64,000 nucleotides of DNA. It comes from Chrysomallon squamiferum. Lineage: Eukaryota > Animalia > Mollusca. The stretch covers positions 14,446,001 to 14,510,000 of the forward strand of contig CM022672.1 of the NCBI GenBank assembly GCA_012295275.1, read 5' to 3'. Under the pieces are notes generated by a model. The model was not told the DNA's origin and searched no databases. It was given only the letters and a program-made list of their open reading frames with translations. The position numbers were made by a program, and so were the translations under genes. Positions 29,037-42,849 of this stretch are shown piece after piece (position 1 is the stretch's first letter; every line of letters starts with the position of its first letter).

Positions 29037-29168
29037 CTGCAGAAGAAGCAAAAGAAGAGACGACTAATATAATTTAAATAAAAGTCAAATAAATAAATAA
29101 ATAAATAAACAACAACAACAACAAAAATAATAACAACAACAAAAATAACAATAACAAGATCAACAATA

Positions 29169-29199
<31 letters not shown>

Positions 29200-29606
29200 T
29201 AATAATTATTATTATTATTATTATAATGAATGAATGAATGAATGAAGGAATGAATAAATAAATCAACAATAACAACAACAGTAAAAACGATGATGATAGT
29301 AATACTAATAAGAAGAAGAAGAAGAAGAAGAACAATAACAACAACAATAATAATAATAATAATTATTATTATTATTATAATGAAAGAATGAATGAATAAA
29401 TAAATAAATAAATAATAAGAACAAAGGCAACATCGATGATGATAATAATTATAATAATAATAATAAGAAGAAGAACAACAACAACAATAATAACAATAAT
29501 AATAATGAAAACAAATTAAATAAATAAATAAATATGAAAAAAAAAAAAAGGAAAGTAAAACAAAAAACATTCAGATAACAAATAATTTATGGATACATTT
29601 GCTTAC

Positions 29607-29823
29607 CTCCATTTTGTTCTTCTGTTCTGAAACCAAGTTTTTACTTGGGCGTCGGTCATTTTGAGGGCTTTGGCGAGTGACGATCTTTCGGCAGAGGCGA
29701 GATATTTTTGGCGGGAAAATCGTTTTTCCAGTTCCATCACCTGCTGTCTGCTAAATGCGGTCCGAGGTTTCTTCCGTTTGGGAGGGGTCCTGTTTTGATA
29801 GGGGTGCCCCACCCTCCGAACAA
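29607..29823 (-). CDS. Tlx: Tlx-b coding exon 2 (homeodomain)
   Basis: Acceptor TTGCAG and donor AG|GTAAGC. Same 217-nt length as Tlx-a exon 2. Encodes [71 protein letters not shown]. Confidence 0.97.
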
Positions 29824-29951
29824 CTGCAATAACAAGAGTGAGTATATTAATAAGAAGTGCGTTCAGATCTAGCCTACTGCACAATCCTATTAACGCTTAT
29901 CTGTAACGGTAGATATAAATCGTCTAATAAAATTTTATTTATACCTTCTAA

Positions 29952-29999
<48 letters not shown>

Positions 30000-30475
30000 G
30001 ATGTTGTTGTTGTTGTTGTTGTTGTTATTATTAACATGTCATCGCTCATAACAAAGTATAACAATAAAATATATACTACAGTATTAGGAAACTATACTGC
30101 ACAGAGTCTACATATTACACCTTGACAGTTGTGACGTCATCGGTTACATGGCGGACTGAATTTTTTTTTTTAAGAGAATATAGGTCATGCACGATTACGT
30201 CACGATCTTAGAAAAAATGGCATTCAGATATTTTAAAGCTGTATTCTTTTGTTGCTGTGTTTTGTGAATAATTAAAACTGGGCAGTTCCAGAACAAATAA
30301 AATATAACTCAAAAATATGAAAAATACATTTAAACTATTTCTTCATATCATCTAAGGTTCACTTTAAATTACTGTTGTAAATCAGCAGTAATTTGGATAA
30401 CATTGGTAATTCGAAGACTTCAAAGTGAACAATATTATTTTGCTTTGTTGTTGTTATTATTATTATTATTATTAT

Positions 30476-30519
<44 letters not shown>

Positions 30520-31111
30520 TTAATAACAGTTTTGGTAGTAGTAGTGGCGGTGGTAGTAGTATTAGCAGCAGCAGCAACAACATTAACTATAGTAGTAGTT
30601 TAGTTACACTAATGGTAATACTGGCAGTAGTGATAGCTGTAACGTTGTTATTATTATTATTTATTTATTTAAAGGAGATTATTACTATTGATTTGAATAC
30701 AATAACAAAACAGTTTTAAATGTTCATTATATATAAAAAGATCACTAGAAAATAATAGCAAACAAGAGCAGAGATATTTACATTATCTTGATAAAAAATT
30801 AAACTGCATAATAAATAATGATATTTTCAAAATCAGTGACATGCATTAATACGCACTGAAGCGTAGAGATTTAAAAACATATTTTTTTCTTCTTTTTCTT
30901 CTTCTAAATAGCGATTATGATGATTTTGCTGTTGTTATAATTTAGTCATAACTTTTAAATGTACAAAATATTAAAATAACAAAACAAAAAATACAAATAT
31001 AAATACAATGATAAATACAATGATAAATAAATAAATAAATAAATAAATAAGACAAAACTAGAAAAAATAAAATAAATTCAATGTGAAGTTGTGGTTAAAA
31101 TAATAATATTA

Positions 31112-31466
<355 letters not shown>

Positions 31467-31694
31467 ACATATTTTTTAAATTAATGACACAAATCACACG
31501 AAACAAACGTTATAATTACATTCGTTAACTATGAAACATTTCCTATTCTTTTAACTGATAGATACAAATAATAATAATTATAATCACTTTTAATAAGTAG
31601 ATTAATTACAGTGTATAACTATGGGATTTTTCAGCATAGAGTGGAGACGGAATTATTCAGTAACTATTTATCGTTAGGCCGCATTATAATCTTG

Positions 31695-31761
<67 letters not shown>

Positions 31762-32178
31762 TAATAATAATAATATATATTGGACGAAATGAACTAATAC
31801 CGACAATATAACAAAAATAGTATTACAAATTATTTGCCAATAACTGATAATTTATTTGTATCCATAACAACAACATTGTCGACATCAATAACTACAAAAG
31901 CAGCAGTAGAATTAGTAGTAGTAATAACATCACCAATAAGAACATGAATAACAGTTTTGGACAAAATGGTATAAAAATTGTTTTAAATGTTATATATTTA
32001 GATTTTTATCTGTATGTTTATATACGTTAATGTAAATGTTTATAGTTAAGTGCTAGGTATGCAATTTTATTAAGGCTTTTAAAATTGTAAACCACAATAA
32101 ATAAATAAATAAATAAAAAAAAATATGTGAATTTTTAAAATGAGTAAACAAAACGAAAAAAAACGACAAAAAAAAAAC

Positions 32179-32412
32179 GTATTTTTAAAACTAACCGCAT
32201 AGCTCTGAAACAACACAGCTGTATAAAATTGTTAACAAATTTATCTGATTTTTTTTTTTTTTTATATCTTCACGCCATTATTATCATTCTTTTTTTTTTT
32301 TTTTTTTTTTTTCTTCTTCTGAAACATCTCTGGTCATCGCTTTGTGAAACACTAGAACGGCCTAGTTACCATATTAATTAAATCCCTTTCTCTAACACAG
32401 AACTGGGCTTCC
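32179..32412 (+). repeat. Copy 2 of ~230-bp near-identical dispersed direct repeat (Tlx-b intron 1)
   Basis: Matches 23594-23821 apart from poly-T length and a few substitutions. Confidence 0.9.
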
Positions 32413-32629
32413 ACACCTATGCAGTATGTTTTTGGGTTGTTGTTTTTTGTTGTTTTTTCTAATTGTTTCAGTTTTTTGTTTTGTTGGTTTAACATGCTAA
32501 GTCGCTTTTATTTTAATAAAATAATTAATAGAATTAAAGTATGATAAATATAAAAATCAAATGTAAAATAAACAGTAAAACTTGAACAAATTCGAAAAAT
32601 AACATTTAAGAATAAACTGAACTGTTGTT

Positions 32630-32631
<2 letters not shown>

Positions 32632-32715
<84 letters not shown>
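32632..32715 (+). repeat. (AG)n microsatellite in Tlx-b intron 1
   Basis: Uninterrupted GA dinucleotide run. Confidence 0.95.
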
Positions 32716-32720
<5 letters not shown>

Positions 32721-32940
32721 GGGCGGAATGAAAGAAAAAAAAGAAATAACGAAAAAAAAAAAGTGAGATAAAAATCTGAAAACAAACAAATCAGAATAAA
32801 CAAATAAACAAATAAATAAATAAACAAACAAACAAATCAAACAAATCAAAATAAATAAATAAATGAACAAACAAACAAATCAAAATAAATAAATAAATAA
32901 ATAAGTACATAAAGAAACAATCACAGTCTGTCGCACTTAC

Positions 32941-33478
32941 TTCCATGTCGATCTCGCTGAAATCCTGTCCACGGACAGAAGTAGTTGACAACATCGGGCC
33001 ACATCGGCCGATTTCGGCTCTGAATGTACGAGCGGTTTTCGGCAACGGAAAGAGGTAACTGCTCGTATCCCGACTGGGATTCGATCTCGCATTCCAATGT
33101 CTCTTGTTGCGGTTGGGGTAAAAGCTGAAGATTCAGCAAAGAACTGGGCGAAGATTTAAGTTTTTTGTTGTCCGAACTCAAGATTCTGTCCACACTAAAA
33201 GACAAAACTTGTTTGGCTGACGACGTCTTATCCGTCTGACTCGATCTGTTGTTGTCTGTCTCGTCAGCAGCGACGTCATCGTCAGCATCCGAGACGTCAT
33301 TATCCGCTTCTTCTTTGCACTCACTGAAAGAAGGGGCTGCTACTTCATCAGCAGTGTTTTGATCGTCATTTCGAACCGGGGTTTCAGCGTCATCAGCAGC
33401 GGCAGCACCGTCTACGTCACCTTTAATTTCATCCTTCCCGACAGAAATATCTTGATCAGCAATGACCTCGATAATCAT
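32941..33478 (-). CDS. Tlx: Tlx-b coding exon 1 (acidic N-terminus, eh1 motif, PW motif)
   Basis: First ATG at 33478 in GCCATGA context (the track's start at 33499 is a TTG). Encodes LSFSVDRILS and FCPWTGFQRDRHG. Donor A|GTAAGT, phase 1. Confidence 0.88.
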
Positions 33479-33799
33479 GGCGCTGTACGGTTGGGCCAAC
33501 TGCCAGCTGTGTCAGCGACTCCGAATACTACCAGAGTACTCTTCACAGAAACAACTGTCAACTCAACGAATAAAACTGCCCAAAGCTAAAAAATCCAAAA
33601 CTATTAAGTAATAATCCTTAACTTGAGAACGAGAGAGAGAGAGAGAGAGACAGAGAGAGAGTCACAAAAACACACATTAAACACACAATGAAAAAACGTT
33701 TTTCAAGAGAAACTCTCAAAAAAGCTATCTTCGGCTTCACTTCATTCTAACAGTCTTAATTTTTCTGTCCAGAGCAAGATTCATATTTTTTCCCTTAAA

Positions 33800-33930
33800 G
33801 GCCTCTTTATTGCTGAAGTTTCTTCCCGATTGGTGCCATTAGCGGAGTTTAAGGTTAAACGAAGATGATAATTGCCGGCCGATGCCCCGCCTTTACACAA
33901 TCCAACACAATTGGGCCTGACGTCGAAGAA
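33800..33930 (-). promoter_or_regulatory. Putative Tlx-b proximal promoter (CCAAT box plus GC box)
   Basis: ATTGG at 33829-33833 and CCCCGCC at 33885-33891, ~350-410 bp upstream of the ATG. Confidence 0.5.
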
Positions 33931-34851
33931 CATGTGTTTGAGTTTCAATTAGTGGATCAATAGGACCGTTTAGTCGACAATCATATCACGGGACAGATAG
34001 GGAATTGCTTGGCTGGAAACTGTATTAAATTGCTTTAAATTACAACCAAATGTCATTAATTTGACCATGTAAGTCTAGGCCCTTGTGCCATTTTCTGTCA
34101 TTTATCGGCAGTTAAGATACAAACAATATTTTCTCTCTGATTTATGGATAAGGAAATTGGAACAAACTGTCTGATACGAAACTGTTTGCATTGAGCTTCA
34201 TTATTTTCAATTTTTCCTTCCATTAACGACCGTGTTCAATTGAGCCTAACCCTCTTAATTTGCTTGAATGTTAAATTGAATGAGAACGAAAATAATAATA
34301 ACAAAAGAAAAAGAATTAGAAATCATTCTACGATAATTAAATTTACTGACTTGTTCTACGATTGCAAGGCAACGAAAAAAAAAAGAAAAAAAAAAAAAAA
34401 AAAAAAGCAAAAAAAAGAAAAGGGCTTTGTGTCAATGGCGACATTAAAGTTAATCAGGGGCCGGGTATGGACATCACACAGTGATTCTTCATCACGTTAC
34501 AGCGGGGAGATATTTCTCTTTGTCGATTTCCCGCAGGTATTGATGCTGTGTTTGCTTTCTAAACCCCACTCCGACTCACTTGTGTTTGACGATCAATTTG
34601 AAAGACTCCTCTCGCTTCGCGGACAGAGTACTTTTTTTTTTTTTTTATTTCTTTTTTATTAAATAGCTTTCTTTTAATGTGATTAATTAATTGCCTCTGC
34701 TATTGCAATTGGTCTTTTCAATGGAAAAACGGTTTGTTTCCGACAATTGAATTACCAATTTGTCCCCCCCCCCGTACCAAGCTTTTAGAGTAAATAAACG
34801 AAATTATTAGTTTAAAATATTATTAAATAACCATTATTTAAAAGAGATTGA

Positions 34852-34882
<31 letters not shown>

Positions 34883-35047
34883 GACTTTTCTAAATTATAT
34901 AAAGGCGAGCTAATAGATTTTTAAATTTGTTTATTGTATTAATCTGTGTTTAGTTTAGTTATTACTAATGTACGCATAACGGGACAAGAGTTTCTACAAA
35001 AAAGGACAAGTTTTCCTTCATATTTTTGCTATCGATAAGCTCTTTTA

Positions 35048-35099
<52 letters not shown>

Positions 35100-35605
35100 A
35101 ACAAAACAAAGCAAAACCAAACAAAATAAAACAAAACAAAAACGTAAAAAATAAATAAATAAAATAAAAATAAATACGCAATCTCTCACACACAGAGACA
35201 CAGAAAATGACCAATGTAACGATAATTATAGTAACAGTAATGGTAATGATGATGATATATTAAAAAATGAGCAAACAACGCATTAGATAATAACAGTGTA
35301 ACTTATCTCTTACTTAAACGAAATAAGCACGAAATAAAACAAACCTTTATGCAGAAATATACATAAACACATTATAAATTATTCAATTTCCTTTACATTA
35401 ATATCATTACTGTTCTCATTATTAAATTTGATGGCACAGAAAAGTTTTTTTTGTTTTGTTTTTTTTTGTTGTTTTTTTTTGTTCATTCCTAGAATGCGTA
35501 TGGTATTAAAATTTAATTTAATTTGTACTTCTTCATTTAATTAACTTCAGCAGACAAGTCAGATATCAGAAATATATAGAAAATTTAAAATTATAATAAA
35601 AAATT

Positions 35606-35679
<74 letters not shown>

Positions 35680-36232
35680 GGCATAAAAAAAATTATTAAT
35701 AAAATTAACAAACTAACAATATTTGCCACATTTAATAACCGTTAATAATAAAATGCGATGGGAAGATCTGTGAAACAAAAATTCTACTATGACAGATCAA
35801 ACTGATTTTTTAAATATAATTTTATGCATATATATATATATATATATATACTTCTTTTTTCTTACAGTTTCCTTCTAACGGATTGCTGAATCATTTCCTG
35901 CTCAAATCAATTCTTCCAAGATTCTTTCGTTGACGTTTTTCTGTCACCGGGAAGGTTTACCTGAACACTTCCTTGCTGCTAGTAGATAAAAATGGCGGCA
36001 TCAGGTTTTATCTATTATATGATGTTTACTACCAAAAGAAGAACAGAATTCACTGAAATGTAATAAATATTCGTACACAGAATGTCGTTAAATAAATATT
36101 TATTAATTCGTAAGAGGAAAAAATGGCTGAACGCCAAATATTACGAAGTGACTAAATCAATACAATAAATGACTAAGCCATGGAAAATACAAGACAATAT
36201 TTAAAAAAATAATGATTGATTAACACTGGAAG

Positions 36233-36267
<35 letters not shown>

Positions 36268-36327
36268 AAAAAAAAAATAAAATAAAAAAAATAAAATAAA
36301 ATAAAATAAAAAAATAAATAAAAAAAA

Positions 36328-36358
<31 letters not shown>

Positions 36359-36457
36359 AATAAAATAAAAATAAGAAAATAAAGCGATACACAATTTAAT
36401 AAATAATCACGATTACGTTATATTTGTATGTCTTATAACAACATAAAAAAAGAATTG

Positions 36458-36525
<68 letters not shown>

Positions 36526-37234
36526 TATACATACACACTAATTATACATTTTATTTTTGGTTTATTTATTCCATTTCTAATATATTCCAATGAATTTTTG
36601 GTTGCATTTAATGATAAATTATATAAAAAAATAAATAAAAAAAATGAAATAATTAAAAGCGAAATAATTATAAGACAAAATATCCTCTTGAAGAAAAATG
36701 AATACATAAAGAAATAAATGCCAAAATAAGTAAATAAATAAATAAATAAGTAAACAATACGTACATACATATACACATATATACATACATACATACATAC
36801 ATACATAAACGAATAATAAATGAAATAACATATAAAATTACAAAATGACTAAGTCATAACTAATAATCTCTTATTCGTATAAATAGTTATCTAATAAAAT
36901 CTAAGAATTTTATTATTTATCACAAATATTGTTTGTTATAATAACAGAAAACCTACATATATATATCTACGATTACGAACCTTGACTTTGTGTGCTCTGT
37001 TTATAACGGGAAAAACTCCCGTGGGGCTACTGAAGAGAACTGATCTGGGGAACTATTACGTTTTAGGCTTGCATCTAAAGAATGGGAAATCACTTTTTCT
37101 CCCTCTTCCCTGACACTCTGAAATGCACTACACACTCGCACGCACGCACGCACACACACATTCACACACACACACACACATGCATATATAAACCATCAAA
37201 TAAACTTACTACTCATTCGATACGTACATTCCGG

Positions 37235-37338
<104 letters not shown>

Positions 37339-38077
37339 AATAATAATAATGATGATGATGATGATGATGACGACGTAATAATAATAACAGTGATAATGTT
37401 AATAATAATAGAAATAATAACGATGATAATGATAGTATTAATAGCAGCAGCAGTAGTAGTAGCAGTAGCAGTAGCAGTAGCAATAGTAGTAGTAGTAGTA
37501 ATAGTAGTAATAGCAAATACAGCAAACAATAATTTAAAAAGAAGACGAAGAAAAATATTTTATAACTATTTCAAAAGATTATAATTTTATTAATTTTTTT
37601 TTTTTTTTTTTAATACATTCTTATTTTTTTTTTTTTTTTTTTTGCATGTTTATCGAAGAAGAGGGTTCGAACCCCGACAGCGGAAACTGTGCAGTTTAGC
37701 CACACGCCACTCAACTCAGCAGGTGTCGGAAGTTGTAAAAGCGACTGGAAGAGCGGGGCCACTGGAAGGACAATTAGGAAATTCGCGATGAAGACGATGC
37801 AAGCTGATTGCTAAAACTGCGAGGTGCTGCGTCAGTTTATCGCGACAGCTAAAGGAGCGGGTATCATCAGCGATCGGAAATTTGAAGAAGCCGGGCATAA
37901 ATATTTAAACAAATCTATTTTTCCTGCAGAACAGAACCCCGAAGTGACGTTGACGACTTTTCCGGTCGTGGCGTCAAGAGGCACGTGCGTAACGTGTCAC
38001 CATTAAAAAATAATTTTTGAAAAAAATAAAAATAAAAAAAATAAAAATAATGTTATGATACTCTAGAGGTATCTGTC

Positions 38078-38094
38078 TGCACTAGGGGGCGCTG
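38078..38094 (+). promoter_or_regulatory. Candidate CTCF-binding site
   Basis: TGCACTAGGGGGCGCTG closely matches the CTCF core CCAC/GYAGRKGGCGC and stands isolated in AT-rich flanks. Confidence 0.55.
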
Positions 38095-39181
38095 TGGACC
38101 GATCAAGACAATCGATTATTTTTTTTTTTCTTTCATTTCATTTTTTTTTTTTTATCCTTTATTTTTTTTATTTTTTTTATTTTTCCTTTTTTGTTTTTAT
38201 CCTTTATTTTTTTATTTTTTTTTTTTTTTTTTATTTTTCCTTTTTTTTCTATTTATTTTTTAAATAGAATTTAAAACCTATTCTCTCAAGTACAGTCCTA
38301 ATGACGGACCGATTGCTGTAACTTAATCAGCGCGCACTGCCGCGGTATTACGATTCGTCTATTAATTTGATCAGAAGCCAACGCAACGTGAACATCAGAA
38401 GTTGGTTCTCGATCGACCGCCCAGCCAGGGCGTGCTCAACCTGCATCTGGGGGCCATTTTGACGCTCTCTCGGCGAGGACTGCTGGCAAAAAGAAACCGT
38501 TGTGCTGTAACGCCGATCGCTCAAATTACATACACTCTCTGAGTCGGTCTTAAAGCTTAATGTGTAATTACACCGGCTTCCGTTCCCCGCGGACAGTCTA
38601 TCAAAATACTGGGGGAACCCGCGGGAGCGCCATGATTGAATGGCGGCCATCTGAGTCAAGCGATAGCCCTATTTTCGTGATTGACCCATGTTCGTCGTTA
38701 ATTTCAGCTCATTAATACAACCCAAACGTCAATTAGTTGGACGTTCGGCAGAGCGGAGAGACAGCGTACAGCGCAAATGTGTGATTAAGCAAAGCCGAGG
38801 CGTTCTTAACGATCGACTTTAGAAGAAAACAACACAGCGTAATTGGCAAATTGCACCGCTCGATGGACGTAATTTTCAAACACAAATGTAAAGACTTACA
38901 GCGTTTTTGTTTTTTTTTTTTTTTTTTTTATTTATTATTTTTTTATTTAATTTTTTTTTATTATTATTTTTAATTGTTCATTTGTGTTTTTTTGTCTATT
39001 TTATATATATATCGATTGTAGTTTATATTTTTAATTAATTGTTTATTTATTTTGTCCCTGTTCTTATTTTTATTTATTTTTTTAATATTATTTAAAAGTA
39101 ATATGAAACATCGTTGAAAATAAATTTACAATGCTCCTTTTAAAATGTTATAAAATTTAATTTAATTTAATTTAATTAATT

Positions 39182-39247
<66 letters not shown>

Positions 39248-39557
39248 TATTATTTAATTTTTTATTTTATTTTATTTTATTTTATATAATTTTATTTATT
39301 ATATATATATTTTTTTGTTAATTTTGCAACCCAATACATTAAAAATTAATTCGTCAAATTTTCTACGGGAAAGACCATCTTGTTTATAAATTTATTCCTG
39401 CCAGATTAATATCAAATTTTACTGAACTTTTTCAGTTAACTGAATTCAGGGAAACTATGATATTCTTTTGATTAGTATTGTACATGTAGAAAAGTATAAC
39501 CTGTATTTAATATTACGTTTGTATGTCTATTTTTTTGTTTTAATTTTATGTTTTTTG

Positions 39558-39605
<48 letters not shown>

Positions 39606-39620
39606 TTTTGTAGACTTCAG

Positions 39621-40042
39621 TTAAGCAGTTTTATTAATATTATATTAATTATGCATCAGATTGCAACGTATATGTGTCATGATGTTTTATGTAAGAATGA
39701 CATCATTATCAACATAATTAATTAATTCAATTCAGAGAAACTGTGAAATTATTTTGTTTAATACTGATTCATTTGATTATTACTGTGCATGTATAAAAGA
39801 AATTCTGTTGTTAACATTGCTCGATTTTTTTGATTTTTGTTTTTGTTTTGCTGTTTTTAAAAATAGATATCTTTTAAGCAGTTATATTAATGTTATATTA
39901 ATTAAGCATCATTAATATAATTTTTTTTTTTTGCATACAGATATGTGTCTGCATGTCTCCTGTAAGAATGACATCATTTTCTATTTAATACTGATTCGTT
40001 TTATTATTACTGTACATGAATAAAAGTATACCCTGTTGTTAA
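39621..40042 (+). repeat. Old diverged tandem duplication (~250-bp period)
   Basis: TTAAGCAGTT..ATTAAT..TGTAAGAATGACATCATT..TTTAATACTGATTC..ATTATTACTGT..CTGTTGTTAA occurs twice, starting near 39621 and 39874. Confidence 0.75.
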
Positions 40043-41123
40043 TGTGGGTTTGTTTCTTTGTTTCTTCTTCTTTTGTCTTTCTTATTTATTTATTTATTTT
40101 TGTTTGTTTTGTTGTTGTTGTTGTTATTACTGTTGTTTTGTTTTTGTTTCTTTTACCTTTTTTTTTTAATCAGATTTCATTTCCGCAGTTTTATTATAGC
40201 GGTATTAAGTAGGCATGTGAAGATAACGAGGTGTCTACATGAAAATTGCTAACCATCATTTAACCATGCGCACCTACGCTGGCGTACTTTACGAAAATAA
40301 TAATAACAACAACAACATCTACAACAACAACAGCAACAATAATAACAACAACAACAACAATAATAACAAGAACAAGAATAAGAAGAGAAAATAAAAGAAG
40401 AAGAAAGGAAATATCAATAATTTTTAGTATTTATTTGATACAGTCAATATCTTTTACCACACAGTATTTACGTTACGAAAAAAAAGACATCGCCTGTTAC
40501 GCGATTCATAGAGCGGACCCAGGATTTTACAAAAGTGCGGGGTTACCAGTGTAAATAATTATAATTACTAAACGTGAAATAATTATTATTGTTTTTGAAG
40601 CTAAAAAGAAACAAGAAACATTAGAAAACTGTAAAACAGGTGTGCTACGTGTGAGCGCCATTAATTCCTTAACTATGTCAATTTTATTTCGATTCAAAGT
40701 TTAAATTTAAATGTTCAGTATAAAAATTTGTTTTAAGTATGTTTATTAAGTAAAACTAATTTATGTCGTGTGTAATACAAGATGAAATATTCAGTTTTAT
40801 TATACTTATAAAAATATATCACTGTATTTCAATATTAAAAAAAAAACAACTGTCAACAATAGCTGTTCATGTGTGTGTTCAGCAACCGCAAACGACAGCC
40901 GATGCACGCATTTCATCACTCAGTCTGACAGGGTTATTTGAACTGAGAGAATTGTTGACGTTATATCGTATCAAACTTGGCCACACTCCTAATAACTTCC
41001 TGCTAGTATATGTCGGATATGTAAACAATAAACAGTTGTAAATTTCAACTCATGTGTCTGTCGAGTCTGATTAATGCGTTGATGGAATTTGATATAAGAT
41101 GTCGGCAGAATTCGGATGGTGGA

Positions 41124-41437
41124 AAGCAAAATACGCAAAAATCGTTCATAAGCAAAATACGTAAAAATTGTTCATAAGCAAAATACGTAAAAATCGTTCA
41201 TAAGCAAAATAATCAAAAATCGTTCATAAGCAAAATACGTAAAAATTGTTCATAAGCAAAATACGTAAAAATCGTTCATAAGCAAAATAATCAAAAATCG
41301 TTCATAAGCAAAATACGTAAAAATGGTTCATAAGCAAAATACGCAAAAATCGTTCATAAGCAAAATACGCAAAACTCGTTCATAAGCAAAATTCTTTCAT
41401 ATGCAAAATACGCAAAACTCGTTCATATGCAAAATAC
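41124..41437 (+). repeat. 26-bp minisatellite, ~12 copies (AAGCAAAATACGYAAAAATCGTTCAT)
   Basis: GCAAAAT recurs at exact 26-bp intervals from 41126 to 41386, followed by truncated copies. Confidence 0.93.
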
Positions 41438-41524
41438 AATCATTGTTTTTGCGATAGAAACTTCTCTCTCTCTTCCTGTTTTAATTTTTTTTTCATTTAA
41501 ACTGAAAATTTGTCTCTTAAGGAA

Positions 41525-41825
41525 TGTAGACAAATATTAATGATCTAAATGTACACCATAAAATATTTCTGGACAAAATATCTAATGACTACATATAAAC
41601 CATAAAATGTTAATGGACTAAATGTCTACAGACTAAATATAAGTGATAAAATTTAAATTGAACTGACAAAATATCGATGGACTAAATTTAGATTACATAA
41701 TATGGATAGAAAAATTATCAATGGTCTAAGTATAAACCAAAAAAATATTAACGGACAAAATATCAGTGAGCTAAAGGTAAATGACAAAAGGTGAAGAGAC
41801 AAAATATTAATGGGCTAAATGTAAT
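41525..41825 (+). repeat. Degenerate short-period tandem repeat (GACAAAATATYAATGGACTAAATGTA-like)
   Basis: Repeated GACAAAATAT, AATGGACTAAAT and related variants. Confidence 0.6.
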
Positions 41826-42799
41826 TTATAAGACGTGAACTAGATAAATGATTGATATTAATATGATGTTTTGATCAATATATTGATTTTTTTAATGTAC
41901 AAAACTAATAATACGAAACCATGTTTTAGAATAGGCCCATGTTTCTATGTATTAACATGCTCCGTTGTTTTGTTACTTTTTATTATTATTATTATTTTTT
42001 TACCATTTTATCTGAGAGCCTGGTTTGAATTAACAAATAATAAAAAGTTTGATAAATATCAATATTTTCTAAAATAATGCGTCAGTTTAACCTACCATTA
42101 AATTTAATCGCCGGGTGCAAAGAATGAAGTAAAAAGTTACATTTTTGAAACAGAATGTTTTATTTTTTTTATTTTTATTTTTTCATAAAATGATTATAAT
42201 TAGATCTTTTGAAGAATCGACAATTAGTACTAGTTCACTTACGTTTCGTAGTCCTTTTGTTTTCCGTTGACGGTATTTATCTCTGCAGTAGTTCTACTAA
42301 TCAAGGTCATAATGCCCACTCTTTTCTGAAATTCTGATTCGATTCAACATGGTTCTAATTATAAAGAAATGATAATTTAGAGAGTATCAGTATCAGTGCA
42401 TTCATATATCTTACACGTATAAATGTAATTTATGCGTAAATACAATAATCTGTTCGTCTTATTTATGTATTTGTTTAATAAATTTAAAAAAGATACAAAA
42501 AAAACCCTACTTGATTGTAGACTCAGTCTTTTAGAACATTTAGACAAAGTAACATATTTTTGAAAGAAAGAAATCGAAGATAAAAATTTCCATTGATCAT
42601 TTATTTATCTCTACACGTTCAAATTTCATGAACTTACTATTAATGTTTCGTTTTTTTTGTTGTTGTTGTTTTGTTTTTTTTGTTTTTTTTAATATAAACT
42701 TTTAAAAGGTGGTTACGAAAATTTATCACATGTTATTTGAAATAGTGAATTATCATTGGTTTCCAAGGCACCATATTTGAGTTTTCCTCCAATTGTTTA

Positions 42800-42807
42800 T
42801 GATTATG

Positions 42808-42849
<42 letters not shown>

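Noticed and set aside
37624-37720. Functional tRNA gene
   Set aside because: A B-box is present but I could not fold a cloverleaf and the A-B spacing is short. Kept only as a degenerate element in findings.
38348-38659. 103-aa minus-strand ORF
   Set aside because: Non-ATG start and no recognisable family. It overlaps a motif-rich putative regulatory island.
41124-41437. CRISPR-like array of ~26-bp repeats
   Set aside because: Units are head-to-tail with no unique spacers, there are no cas genes, and the context is eukaryotic. It is a minisatellite.
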